Positions 57,270-64,000 of a stretch of 64,000 nt of DNA are shown piece after piece. The position numbers were made by a program, and so were the translations under genes. Below the pieces are notes generated by a model. The model was not told the DNA's origin, made no database searches, and saw only the letters and a list, made by a program, of their open reading frames with translations. Origin of the DNA: a virus (Duplodnaviria; Caudoviricetes). Each line of letters starts with the position of its first letter. Position 1 is the first letter of the stretch. The stretch spans positions 54,935 through 118,934 of IMG/VR virus record IMGVR_UViG_3300042358_000005. One strand, written 5' to 3'.

Positions 57270-57878
57270 TTATTTGTTTTTAAATTTAACAAACCAATCA
57301 TTAAAAGTAACTTCTATTCCATATTTATTTTCACAACAATAACCATAATAAAATGCTTTTTTCATATCTTGCTCACTATAACTTCTTTGTTTTTCTATAT
57401 CTAACTCATTAGCTATAAAATCAATTTCATCTTGTTTAGGTTCTTCTTTTGTAGGAATTTGTCTGTTATTTAATTTACAATAAATTAAATTCCACTCATC
57501 AATCATTTGTTTAGTTGCCTTTAAAAGATGAATTTCGTAATGTGAAAACATCAATGCAGTACTTCCTCTCGTAATAGGATTATCTTGGTTTACTTGTTTA
57601 CATTGTTTTATAATATAAACTTCTTCATAAGTAGGATTTTTCACAAACCATTCTAAAAACTCATCATCAATAGCTTGTACACCATCATCGATTAAGTCTT
57701 GGTCTGTTGTTAGGATGATTTTTTTATCAGTTTTAAAACTATTTGCTAACATACCATAAAGTTTTGTTTTAGTTTTAGTAATTGAATTATCTTCTTTGAA
57801 ATAACACCAATCTCCTTCTTTAATTTCTTCATCAGAAGTGATGTAGATTTTTTCTTGTAATACGTGTACGTTTTTCAT
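57270..57878 (-). CDS. Mosaic hypothetical protein (cassette)
   Basis: IYITSDEEIKEGDW...KIILTTD.DL..DGVQ.I.DEFLEWF...EEPKQ...RSYSEQD...FKNK. Confidence 0.75.
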   Translation of the reverse strand: MKNVHVLQEKIYITSDEEIKEGDWCYFKEDNSITKTKTKLYGMLANSFKTDKKIILTTDQDLIDDGVQAIDDEFLEWFVKNPTYEEVYIIKQCKQVNQDNPITRGSTALMFSHYEIHLLKATKQMIDEWNLIYCKLNNRQIPTKEEPKQDEIDFIANELDIEKQRSYSEQDMKKAFYYGYCCENKYGIEVTFNDWFVKFKNK

Positions 57879-57882
57879 AATC

Positions 57883-58086
57883 TTATTTGTTTTTAAATTG
57901 TTCGTTGTAGTATTGTTCTGCTTCTAACCATTCTGATTCAAGTGGTTTTTTAACTCTTGCATCAATAATCTGTTGCTTTTCCATTTCTTTGGCTTCTATT
58001 AGAATAGCTCTAATTAGAATTTGATTTCCGCTTGGAATTAAGTTTGCCAATCTATTTACTGCAAACTCTACTGCTGATTGTTTCAT
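57883..58086 (-). CDS. MKQxAVE / AKEMEKQQ family cassette protein
   Basis: MKQSAVEF...AKEMEKQQIIDA...AEQYYNEQFKNK; start set at the repeat ATG. Confidence 0.75.
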   Translation of the reverse strand: MKQSAVEFAVNRLANLIPSGNQILIRAILIEAKEMEKQQIIDARVKKPLESEWLEAEQYYNEQFKNK

Positions 58087-58119
58087 AATCTTATTTCTTT
58101 TTATATGTTTTATCAAATA

Positions 58120-58698
58120 GTTACTGGCTATGTTGCGAAACCTGATACCAAGTTTGAAAAATATTATCCGAAAAGATATTTATTTCAATTCCTAGTAATT
58201 TTAATCGTTTCACGCATTCCATTAAATGATTCCAGTCAGCATGAAAGTTTGGGAAATATTCTCTTTTTATAACTTGATTTCCTTCTTTCAAAACCCATCC
58301 ATTTGGGTATTTTTCTTTTTGTTCATTAAGCCATTTTTCTGCAATTACTTTTTGGCTTACAGTATCGTTATATCCGCAAGATTTAGGATGAAAACAAGAG
58401 CTTTCATCAGTTCCTACCATCCATTCAATTTCAGGTTCAAATCCTAAAAATTTTCCAATTTGGATATTTTTATCAATAATAGTTTTATAGCCATTTGATT
58501 CTTCAAATTCTCTAATAATTTTGTGGTCTAAATACATATTTTGTTTGTGGATTAAAAAACACAGCCAGTAACATATGCTACACAATAGCTGGGTTTAGGT
58601 TTAAATTTAAAGTTGGTTTTGCACCTTTTTAATATGTCATTATCCGAAGTCTGGGTGTGTGCTTGCCACAGCCATCGTGTAGCATCCGCCGTTATAGC
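58120..58698. mobile_element. Integron-like gene cassette with attC-like site
   Basis: GTTACTGGCTATGTT (58120-58134) is inverted relative to AACACAGCCAGTAAC (58558-58572). It is followed by a 17-bp inner IR (58575-58591 / 58669-58685) and GTTATAGC (58691-58698). Confidence 0.6.
58121..58537 (-). CDS. Hypothetical protein carried on the attC-like cassette
   Basis: MYLDHK...IGKFLG...FHADWNHLMEC; the stop TAA lies in GTAAC of the terminal IR. Confidence 0.7.
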   Translation of the reverse strand: MYLDHKIIREFEESNGYKTIIDKNIQIGKFLGFEPEIEWMVGTDESSCFHPKSCGYNDTVSQKVIAEKWLNEQKEKYPNGWVLKEGNQVIKREYFPNFHADWNHLMECVKRLKLLGIEINIFSDNIFQTWYQVSQHSQ

Positions 58699-58704
58699 TT
58701 ATGG

Positions 58705-59088
58705 CTATATTTCGTTTTCATCAGGAACTAATCTCAAATCAGAATCTAAAAACCACCATTTTTTCTGACTATAAATATCATTCATTTTAGAAACAAATTC
58801 TTCAATAATATCTGTTTTTTCTTTAAAACATAATTCCATATCGTGAGTATCATCATCAGGGTTTCCTTCTGTATCGTAATATCTATCAATAAGCCATTCA
58901 ATTACTTCTTCAGATGATATTGAAGCGGAATTAGATTCTTTGTTTGCTACACATAAATAACCGTGATGCGGTTCAAAATCTTCTTCCTCTAAATTGTCAA
59001 TGTTTTTTAATCCTTGCATTTCTAAATCTTCATATCCACAAAAAGTATAACCTTGTTTTAATGCTTCTTTTACTGTGATTGTATTCAT
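58705..59088 (-). CDS. Acidic hypothetical cassette protein
   Basis: Starts at the repeat ATG and ends next to the attC-like site. Confidence 0.7.
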   Translation of the reverse strand: MNTITVKEALKQGYTFCGYEDLEMQGLKNIDNLEEEDFEPHHGYLCVANKESNSASISSEEVIEWLIDRYYDTEGNPDDDTHDMELCFKEKTDIIEEFVSKMNDIYSQKKWWFLDSDLRLVPDENEI

Positions 59089-59102
59089 AATCTTATTTGT
59101 TT

Positions 59103-59231
59103 TTAAATTCTACAATCATTACATTCATCATTATCATCTAAGTCTGTATGAATATTACAATAACTTCCACAAGAAGGACATCTATCTTTGTGTTCAAACT
59201 CTGAACTCGGTTGACTATTTTTTGTTTTCAT
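59103..59231 (-). CDS. 42-aa CxxC...CxxC zinc-ribbon peptide; absent from ORF track
   Basis: MKTKNSQPSSEFEHKDRCPSCGSYCNIHTDLDDNDECNDCRI; stop lies inside the junction repeat. Confidence 0.6.
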   Translation of the reverse strand: MKTKNSQPSSEFEHKDRCPSCGSYCNIHTDLDDNDECNDCRI

Positions 59232-59676
59232 CTTTTACTATTATAAAGTTATTTATTTTCATCCATTTTAAAAACTGTGATACAGTCCAATCATCATTTG
59301 ATAGTTCTTGATGCTCTCCTTCTTCTTCAAACTGATTTATAAATCCTTGCAGATAATTGTACTTTTCAAGTGTTTCTTGTTTAGGTTCTTGTGGTCCACA
59401 GTCACAATATGTTGTATGACCACAATAGCATTTTGTTTGTTCTTCCATAACTTTTTTATTATTTAATCCTTTTATAAATGTATAACCTGTAGCAGTTGGT
59501 TTAAATCTTCTTTTATTCCATCCTTCAAAAATAGTTTCTACTAATGGATTCCATTGGCTTTCCCATACATTACCTGTTGTATTTTTAAGATGATTATATA
59601 TTTCTAAACAATCTTCTGCATCTTGTTTATATTCTGTTTTTAATTGCACTTGCAATCTATCCATTAATTTACCCAT
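59215..59676 (-). CDS. Mosaic hypothetical cassette protein (possibly two fused units)
   Basis: Internal MEEQTKCYCGHTTYCDCGP and EPKQE modules. Confidence 0.65.
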   Translation of the reverse strand: MGKLMDRLQVQLKTEYKQDAEDCLEIYNHLKNTTGNVWESQWNPLVETIFEGWNKRRFKPTATGYTFIKGLNNKKVMEEQTKCYCGHTTYCDCGPQEPKQETLEKYNYLQGFINQFEEEGEHQELSNDDWTVSQFLKWMKINNFIIVKDENKK

Positions 59677-59708
59677 AATTCTTATTTGTTTTTAAATTAT
59701 TACGTCTT

Positions 59709-59906
59709 TCATTGTCTTGTTGTGTTTTTATGATCTCTCCAATCTAACCAAAATCCTATTCCTACAATAATGTTCATACCAAATGAGGCAATAATTTCTG
59801 TTATGTCTTCATAGATATTAATAGATAGGTGGATATGTCCTACCATCCAAAAAGGCATAGCAAGATTATTTGATATCCACCTAACTAAATAATTTATAAA
59901 TTTCAT
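59709..59906 (-). CDS. Small membrane protein
   Basis: Two hydrophobic segments; TATCTTTG element at 59913-59920 upstream. Confidence 0.55.
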   Translation of the reverse strand: MKFINYLVRWISNNLAMPFWMVGHIHLSINIYEDITEIIASFGMNIIVGIGFWLDWRDHKNTTRQ

Positions 59907-59960
59907 AGCCTGCAAAGATAAGCAAAAATGTTAGAGATGCAAAATACACCTCTAACTTTT

Positions 59961-60431
59961 TTAGTTATTATAATAATATCTAACGTGATCAGAATATATT
60001 ACCACTCTACTTGGTGTACCAATGAATGATATATTTCCTGTAGGCACCTCAATACATATTTCAGCAGGTTCTTGTTGTGGTCCATCCCATATTTTTGAGA
60101 ATTCTTCTATTGTTAATTCTTCTTTACCAACAATAACATCATCTTGTTTTGCAAGAATAACTTCTTCCTTATCATTCACATCCCATAACTGTGGAGGAAT
60201 AACAGCAGTGTTTTCTTTCTTAGCTTTCTTAACACGAGGTCTCTTTGTTGGACCAACATAATCATTCTTGATTTTTCTTGTCTGTTTGGCTAGTTGAATA
60301 GCTTTGTAATAAATACCTGAAGGTGGTCTTCCCCATGTCTTAGATAACTCATCAGCAATAATGATAGCTGGTTTACCTGTTCTAATTTCTTGCTTGATCT
60401 CATTGATCTGCTTAGGTGTGTAATGTTTCAT
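59961..60431 (-). CDS. Hypothetical protein with N-terminal HTH/SANT-like segment
   Basis: HYTPKQI...IADELS...GRP.SGI. Confidence 0.55.
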   Translation of the reverse strand: MKHYTPKQINEIKQEIRTGKPAIIIADELSKTWGRPPSGIYYKAIQLAKQTRKIKNDYVGPTKRPRVKKAKKENTAVIPPQLWDVNDKEEVILAKQDDVIVGKEELTIEEFSKIWDGPQQEPAEICIEVPTGNISFIGTPSRVVIYSDHVRYYYNN

Positions 60432-60676
60432 AACTTTTTCAATTTGGTTTCTATAAATGTTCTAATTAACTCTCGGTTCATGTGCTTAGCACATTTTTTA
60501 TTAAATTCATCCTTAAGTATATCTTCGTACTTAGTCTTAGATATTTTATACTTAACTCCATTCTTGTGTTTTGGATCATTAGATTCCATTGTAATAGCTC
60601 TAGTCTTGATTGTTTCAATCACTGAATAAGCTATACATCTTTCATCTTTGAACCTTTTCTCTGTTAATACTTCCAT
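60428..60676 (-). CDS. Hypothetical protein
   Basis: Start set at MEVLTE. Confidence 0.55.
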   Translation of the reverse strand: MEVLTEKRFKDERCIAYSVIETIKTRAITMESNDPKHKNGVKYKISKTKYEDILKDEFNKKCAKHMNRELIRTFIETKLKKL

Positions 60677-60678
60677 AG

Positions 60679-61128
60679 TTAGTCTTCTTCTAATCCATCG
60701 TTTAATGTTACATCCCAATCATTAATATCTTCTTGATCAAGACTTAATACCACTTTATCCTCCATTATTACAGGAGTTTCTGTTTCTTCATCTATTTCTA
60801 TTGCTAGATAACCTTCCCATGCTCTTAGCACTAGATTAATATCATCTAGTGTGATGTCTCTTAGTTCATCTGTGTCTTCTCCTTCATCCCACCATCCAAT
60901 CTCTTCATCTGTAGCAAGAACATTACCATCTTCATCAATAATTAATAGTTCTACTGGTGCACCATGTTTAGCCATAAATTCATCTATGTCTTCAGGAATC
61001 TCTTCAAGTTGCCATAGTTCAACATATGGTTCAACAACACCAATAAATATCCTATTGACAAAGAGCATACCCTCCTCTAATTCAAGAGGAAGATAGCTTT
61101 TTAATACAATTTCTGCTGATGACCACAT
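60679..61128 (-). CDS. Highly acidic hypothetical protein
   Basis: 149 aa, Asp/Glu-rich. Confidence 0.65.
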   Translation of the reverse strand: MWSSAEIVLKSYLPLELEEGMLFVNRIFIGVVEPYVELWQLEEIPEDIDEFMAKHGAPVELLIIDEDGNVLATDEEIGWWDEGEDTDELRDITLDDINLVLRAWEGYLAIEIDEETETPVIMEDKVVLSLDQEDINDWDVTLNDGLEED

Positions 61129-61484
61129 TAGAAATCTCTTTTAGGTGCTGGTTCAGTGATTTGATACACACTATGTCCACTAGATAGTCTCAATAATATA
61201 TGAAGCTGTTCAGCTTCTAAATAGTCTATCTCTTTCTTTGAGTTAACACCAATGATTTCTATACCACTACCAGTATCTACTAGTTGCATAGCAACTGTCT
61301 TTCTAACATTATCAGCCCATTCAAAATCATCACTATAATATAGTGTATGAACTGTAGCTTCTTTTGTAGCTTCTAGTTTATGATAATCATATTCATGTGT
61401 ACCATTAATATACACTTCTTCTCTGTATAACACATCACTTGTGTTATCAATTACATCTTGTATTTCTTTCTTTAATGTTGCCAT
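61128..61484 (-). CDS. Hypothetical protein
   Basis: 118-aa ORF. Confidence 0.65.
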   Translation of the reverse strand: MATLKKEIQDVIDNTSDVLYREEVYINGTHEYDYHKLEATKEATVHTLYYSDDFEWADNVRKTVAMQLVDTGSGIEIIGVNSKKEIDYLEAEQLHILLRLSSGHSVYQITEPAPKRDF

Positions 61485-61489
61485 GTTAT

Positions 61490-61927
61490 TTATTTTTTAC
61501 GATTATTACGCATTAGTTCTCCCTTTGAATGTACACCTCTACTATATTTATTTACAATTATCTTATTAGTACCACTAGTGAAATTCTTTTCTTTTTTATC
61601 TAATCCTGTTAGTCTCTTTCTTTCAACTTCAGATAGTTCATTGTACTGATAGCTATCTAATAAATTCATTTGACCGTTTATATCTTTCCATTCTTCAGAT
61701 GTAACTTTTCCTGGCTTAGCTATTCTAAACTCAGAAGGTATGTTTAATTCATCAAGAAGATCATCAATAAAAGATATTCTATCACTATTGAAATAATAAT
61801 ACCTCAATAGTGATTTACCTCTACTGTGCTGAGAGTCTAATACATTCTGCACTGTAAGATCATGATACTGTCCAAACTTAAGAGTTGACTTTCTAGTCAA
61901 GGTTCTTAGTAGAGTTACATCAGACAT
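61490..61927 (-). CDS. Hypothetical protein
   Basis: LRTLTRKSTLKFGQY motif. Confidence 0.65.
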   Translation of the reverse strand: MSDVTLLRTLTRKSTLKFGQYHDLTVQNVLDSQHSRGKSLLRYYYFNSDRISFIDDLLDELNIPSEFRIAKPGKVTSEEWKDINGQMNLLDSYQYNELSEVERKRLTGLDKKEKNFTSGTNKIIVNKYSRGVHSKGELMRNNRKK

Positions 61928-61929
61928 TG

Positions 61930-62163
61930 TTAATAACCTGCTAGTTTAGATATTGCACCCTCTTGACTTAATACATAAGCAAGATCTGATTCTTGTTTAG
62001 GTGTAAGAGTTTTGATTGTAGATATCAAATTGATTCTACTGTATGTAATGTCTTCACCATAGATGTTTGTAACATTACTTCCAATCTCTTTTATTTTATT
62101 GTAATTAAACACTGTTACAGGTTCACCATCTGTGTCCTGCCATTTTCCATTTACTATTTTCAT
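61930..62163 (-). CDS. Hypothetical protein
   Basis: 77-aa ORF. Confidence 0.6.
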   Translation of the reverse strand: MKIVNGKWQDTDGEPVTVFNYNKIKEIGSNVTNIYGEDITYSRINLISTIKTLTPKQESDLAYVLSQEGAISKLAGY

Positions 62164-62168
62164 AACTT

Positions 62169-62408
62169 TTAGTCTTTTTGATTTTCTATAACTTTCTCTA
62201 TAATTTCATCATATATGGCATCACTAATCAAATCAATGATTTCATTACCATCTACTTGTACTGATTCTAATTCAAACTCAGCATAACTTCCTGGATATCC
62301 TTCCATGTTACCATCATACATTTCTCTTGGTTCTTCTGGATGATATGTACCACTCACTGTTAGATATACACCACCTACGGTGATACCTATTTCTATTTCT
62401 TTACCCAT
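62169..62408 (-). CDS. Acidic hypothetical protein
   Basis: 79 aa; starts at a junction-repeat ATG. Confidence 0.65.
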   Translation of the reverse strand: MGKEIEIGITVGGVYLTVSGTYHPEEPREMYDGNMEGYPGSYAEFELESVQVDGNEIIDLISDAIYDEIIEKVIENQKD

Positions 62409-62413
62409 AATTC

Positions 62414-62713
62414 TTATTTCTTTTTAAATTGTTCAAACCATTCTTTAGGGCTTAACGATTTTTTAATTAATAAACGATAGTTTGCATAATCATTCATATC
62501 CTCCTCACTATAACTTCTTTCTTGTTGCTTATTTTTGTAAATAGCTTTTAAAATATCTCTAACATCATCTGGACTAAAGTTATTCTTGTCTTGTTCTTGT
62601 TGTTGAAGTTCTCTCCCACTTATAAAGTCAGTAAGCCATCTTACTTTATCATTACCATTAATATCTGTTCTTGATATAAGTTGGGCTAATTTTTCAATAT
62701 CTACTGTTGTCAT
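62414..62713 (-). CDS. Mosaic cassette protein
   Basis: MTTVDIE...ERSYSEED...EWFEQFKKK; start set at the repeat ATG. Confidence 0.7.
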   Translation of the reverse strand: MTTVDIEKLAQLISRTDINGNDKVRWLTDFISGRELQQQEQDKNNFSPDDVRDILKAIYKNKQQERSYSEEDMNDYANYRLLIKKSLSPKEWFEQFKKK

Positions 62714-62717
62714 AATC

Positions 62718-62945
62718 TTATTTGTTTTTAAATTGTTGTAAAACACTATTCTGTTTTTGTTCATAATCAATTCCTTCAAAAATTCCTTTAAGTCTTGCAT
62801 CAAAAATATGTTGCTTTTCCATTTCTTTTGCTTGTTCACATATTTCAAATCTTTGAAAATGAAATTCTGCTTTTGATATTTCATCATTAAAAAGTTTTGA
62901 TACTAATATTCCAATTTGTTCTGTTTGAAATTCTACTGCTGTCAT
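62718..62945 (-). CDS. TAVE / AKEMEKQ family cassette protein
   Basis: MTAVEF...EQAKEMEKQHIFDA...QQFKNK. Confidence 0.75.
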   Translation of the reverse strand: MTAVEFQTEQIGILVSKLFNDEISKAEFHFQRFEICEQAKEMEKQHIFDARLKGIFEGIDYEQKQNSVLQQFKNK

Positions 62946-62959
62946 AATCTTATTTGTTT

Positions 62960-63061
62960 TTAAATTATACCTTTATTAAAAAGTATTGTAATGATAATAC
63001 AAATTAAAATTCCAATAGAAACCCCATAAAAAAATGTACTAATTTTTTGTATTTTATTCAT
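62960..63061 (-). CDS. 33-aa single-TM peptide; absent from ORF track
   Basis: MNKIQKISTFFYGVSIGILICIIITILFNKGII, bounded by two repeats. Confidence 0.6.
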   Translation of the reverse strand: MNKIQKISTFFYGVSIGILICIIITILFNKGII

Positions 63062-63065
63062 AATC

Positions 63066-63290
63066 TTATTTGTTTTTAAATTGTTCGTTGTAGTATTGTT
63101 CTGCATAAAATCTATCAGACATAACTATTTTATCGCTTTCATATTTTCCATTTTTATAAGCATCAATTATCTGTTGCTTTTCCATTTCTTTGGCTTGTTC
63201 AAAACTAAATTGAACTACTTCAAGTAAATCTCCATCGTGTTCAAAATGTGATTTTAAATTGTTGTATAACCATTCTACTGCTGTTTTCAT
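63066..63290 (-). CDS. MKTAVEW / AKEMEKQQ family cassette protein
   Basis: MKTAVEWL...EQAKEMEKQQIIDA...AEQYYNEQFKNK. Confidence 0.75.
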   Translation of the reverse strand: MKTAVEWLYNNLKSHFEHDGDLLEVVQFSFEQAKEMEKQQIIDAYKNGKYESDKIVMSDRFYAEQYYNEQFKNK

Positions 63291-63301
63291 ATTATTTGTT
63301 T

Positions 63302-63442
63302 TTAAGTTTTTTTGCCTTTAACTCCAATCATCCATCCAAATACTATTGGAGCAAATCTTCCTAATGGTATGTGTAAAATTTCACTTGTATTCCAAATACA
63401 ACTACCTATAAACTGTAATAGTGTTTCTTCTTTCCAAATCAT
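63302..63442 (-). CDS. 46-aa hydrophobic peptide; absent from ORF track
   Basis: MIWKEETLLQFIGSCIWNTSEILHIPLGRFAPIVFGWMIGVKGKKT, bounded by two repeats. Confidence 0.6.
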   Translation of the reverse strand: MIWKEETLLQFIGSCIWNTSEILHIPLGRFAPIVFGWMIGVKGKKT

Positions 63443-63576
63443 ATCTTATTTGTTTTAAAATTAATTTTCATCTTTAAAAAACATTAATATTTTATTTGTT
63501 ATGGCACAATAAATGTAAGTTCCAAAACCTTTAATTCCGAAACCATAGTCAAAATATACTCTTTGTCCTTTCATAA

Positions 63577-63660
63577 CTAATCCTTATTCCAATACCAAGC
63601 AAACCAAACTATAAATAATATAATTCCTATTGCTATTCCAATAATAATACCTAATACCAT
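63577..63660 (-). CDS. 27-aa single-TM peptide; absent from ORF track
   Basis: MVLGIIIGIAIGIIIFIVWFAWYWNKD; starts at the repeat ATG. Confidence 0.55.
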   Translation of the reverse strand: MVLGIIIGIAIGIILFIVWFAWYWNKD

Positions 63661-63663
63661 ATC

Positions 63664-63891
63664 TTATTTGTTTTTAAATATTTCTAATAATTCAGAATAA
63701 CTACATTCATCATTTTTTGAATAAAAATCTTCTGTTAAGTTTTCTAACCATTTGCCAAACTCAATAGCAAATTTATCTTGTTGTTGCTTTTCCATTTCTT
63801 TGGCTTGTTCAATAATTTCACCGTAAGTTAATTTAGATGATAAGATGTTTCTAAGTTGTTCTTCTAACCATTCTACTGCTGTTTGTTTCAT
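63664..63891 (-). CDS. MKQTAVEW / AKEMEKQQ family cassette protein
   Basis: MKQTAVEWL...EQAKEMEKQQ...IFKNK. Confidence 0.75.
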   Translation of the reverse strand: MKQTAVEWLEEQLRNILSSKLTYGEIIEQAKEMEKQQQDKFAIEFGKWLENLTEDFYSKNDECSYSELLEIFKNK

Positions 63892-63902
63892 AATCTTATT
63901 TT

Positions 63903-63986
63903 TTATTTTAAAAGGTTTACTAAAATCATTACTACTAAAGATGTTAAAAGTCCAAGTATGTAACCATAGATTAATTTATTTTCCAT
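63903..63986 (-). CDS. 27-aa single-TM peptide; absent from ORF track
   Basis: MENKLIYGYILGLLTSLVVMILVNLLK, bounded by two repeats. Confidence 0.55.
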   Translation of the reverse strand: MENKLIYGYILGLLTSLVVMILVNLLK

Positions 63987-64000
63987 AATCTTATTTGTTT

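Larger units (their letters stand above)
57120..59698 (-). repeat. Gene-junction repeat cluster 1 (AATTTAAAAACAAATAAGATTATG), 6 copies
   Basis: On + strand, cataatcttatttgtttttaaatt starts at 57120, 57263, 57876, 58084 (degenerate), 59086 and 59674 (1-nt insertion). Confidence 0.95.
62406..64000 (-). repeat. Gene-junction repeat cluster 2, 9 copies (last one truncated by window end)
   Basis: Copies start at 62406, 62711, 62943, 63059, 63288, 63440, 63658, 63889 and 63984 on the + strand; several are degenerate. Confidence 0.95.

Noticed and set aside
62414-62887. 157-aa ORF as given in the track (also the extended starts at 57203, 58116 and 58585)
   Set aside because: The N-terminal extensions come from reading through the open frame of the junction repeat or attC-like region and overlap other features; starts were reset to the repeat ATG (or to MYLDHK at 58537).
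1-64000. Stop-codon reassignment (TAG or TGA recoding seen in some crAss-like phages)
   Set aside because: Genes are long, intact and densely packed under the standard code; TAG and TGA act as real stops at gene junctions (e.g. 9185, 19557, 23706).
57120-64000. CRISPR array interpretation of the 24-bp repeat
   Set aside because: Spacers are about 95-1000 bp, highly variable in length and contain ORFs; the repeat is non-palindromic and no cas genes are present.

Overview
The window is part of an AT-rich lytic tailed-phage genome, most likely crAss-like (Crassvirales) or a close relative. The host is probably a Bacteroidota: TAnnTTTG promoters recur and strong Shine-Dalgarno sites are not evident. 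The standard genetic code is used. 1-31.3 kb is mostly + strand (late/virion genes): a 5'-truncated virion RNA polymerase (DFDIDK), a 1578-aa ejected-type protein, a 2299-aa Gly-Ser/Thr-repeat fibre, a sulfation/glycosylation cluster (sulfotransferase, GT9-like, APS kinase, HIGH nucleotidyltransferase, DUF2061, and an inverted MTase-GT-GT4-Aah/TibC fusion), a lysis cassette, a GT95/GT96-like glycosyltransferase flanked by small poly-Thr-tailed proteins, a ferritin-like protein and Lys-rich KxGG proteins. 31.4-64 kb is - strand (early/middle genes): two more GTs, GroES, thioredoxin, MazG, RecA, nucleases, rIIA/rIIB, UDG, primase, SSB, AAA ATPase, SF2 and DnaB helicases, PolB and two homing-type endonucleases. 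It ends in an array of small genes joined by about 15 copies of a 22-25 bp stop/start junction repeat, built from shared sub-gene modules and containing one integron attC-like cassette. The two best candidates for undescribed systems are (1) a phage-encoded O-glycosylation/sulfation system with co-encoded Ser/Thr-rich substrates and (2) a repeat-punctuated gene-cassette shuffling array. All family calls come from motif recognition by eye; no database searches were run.
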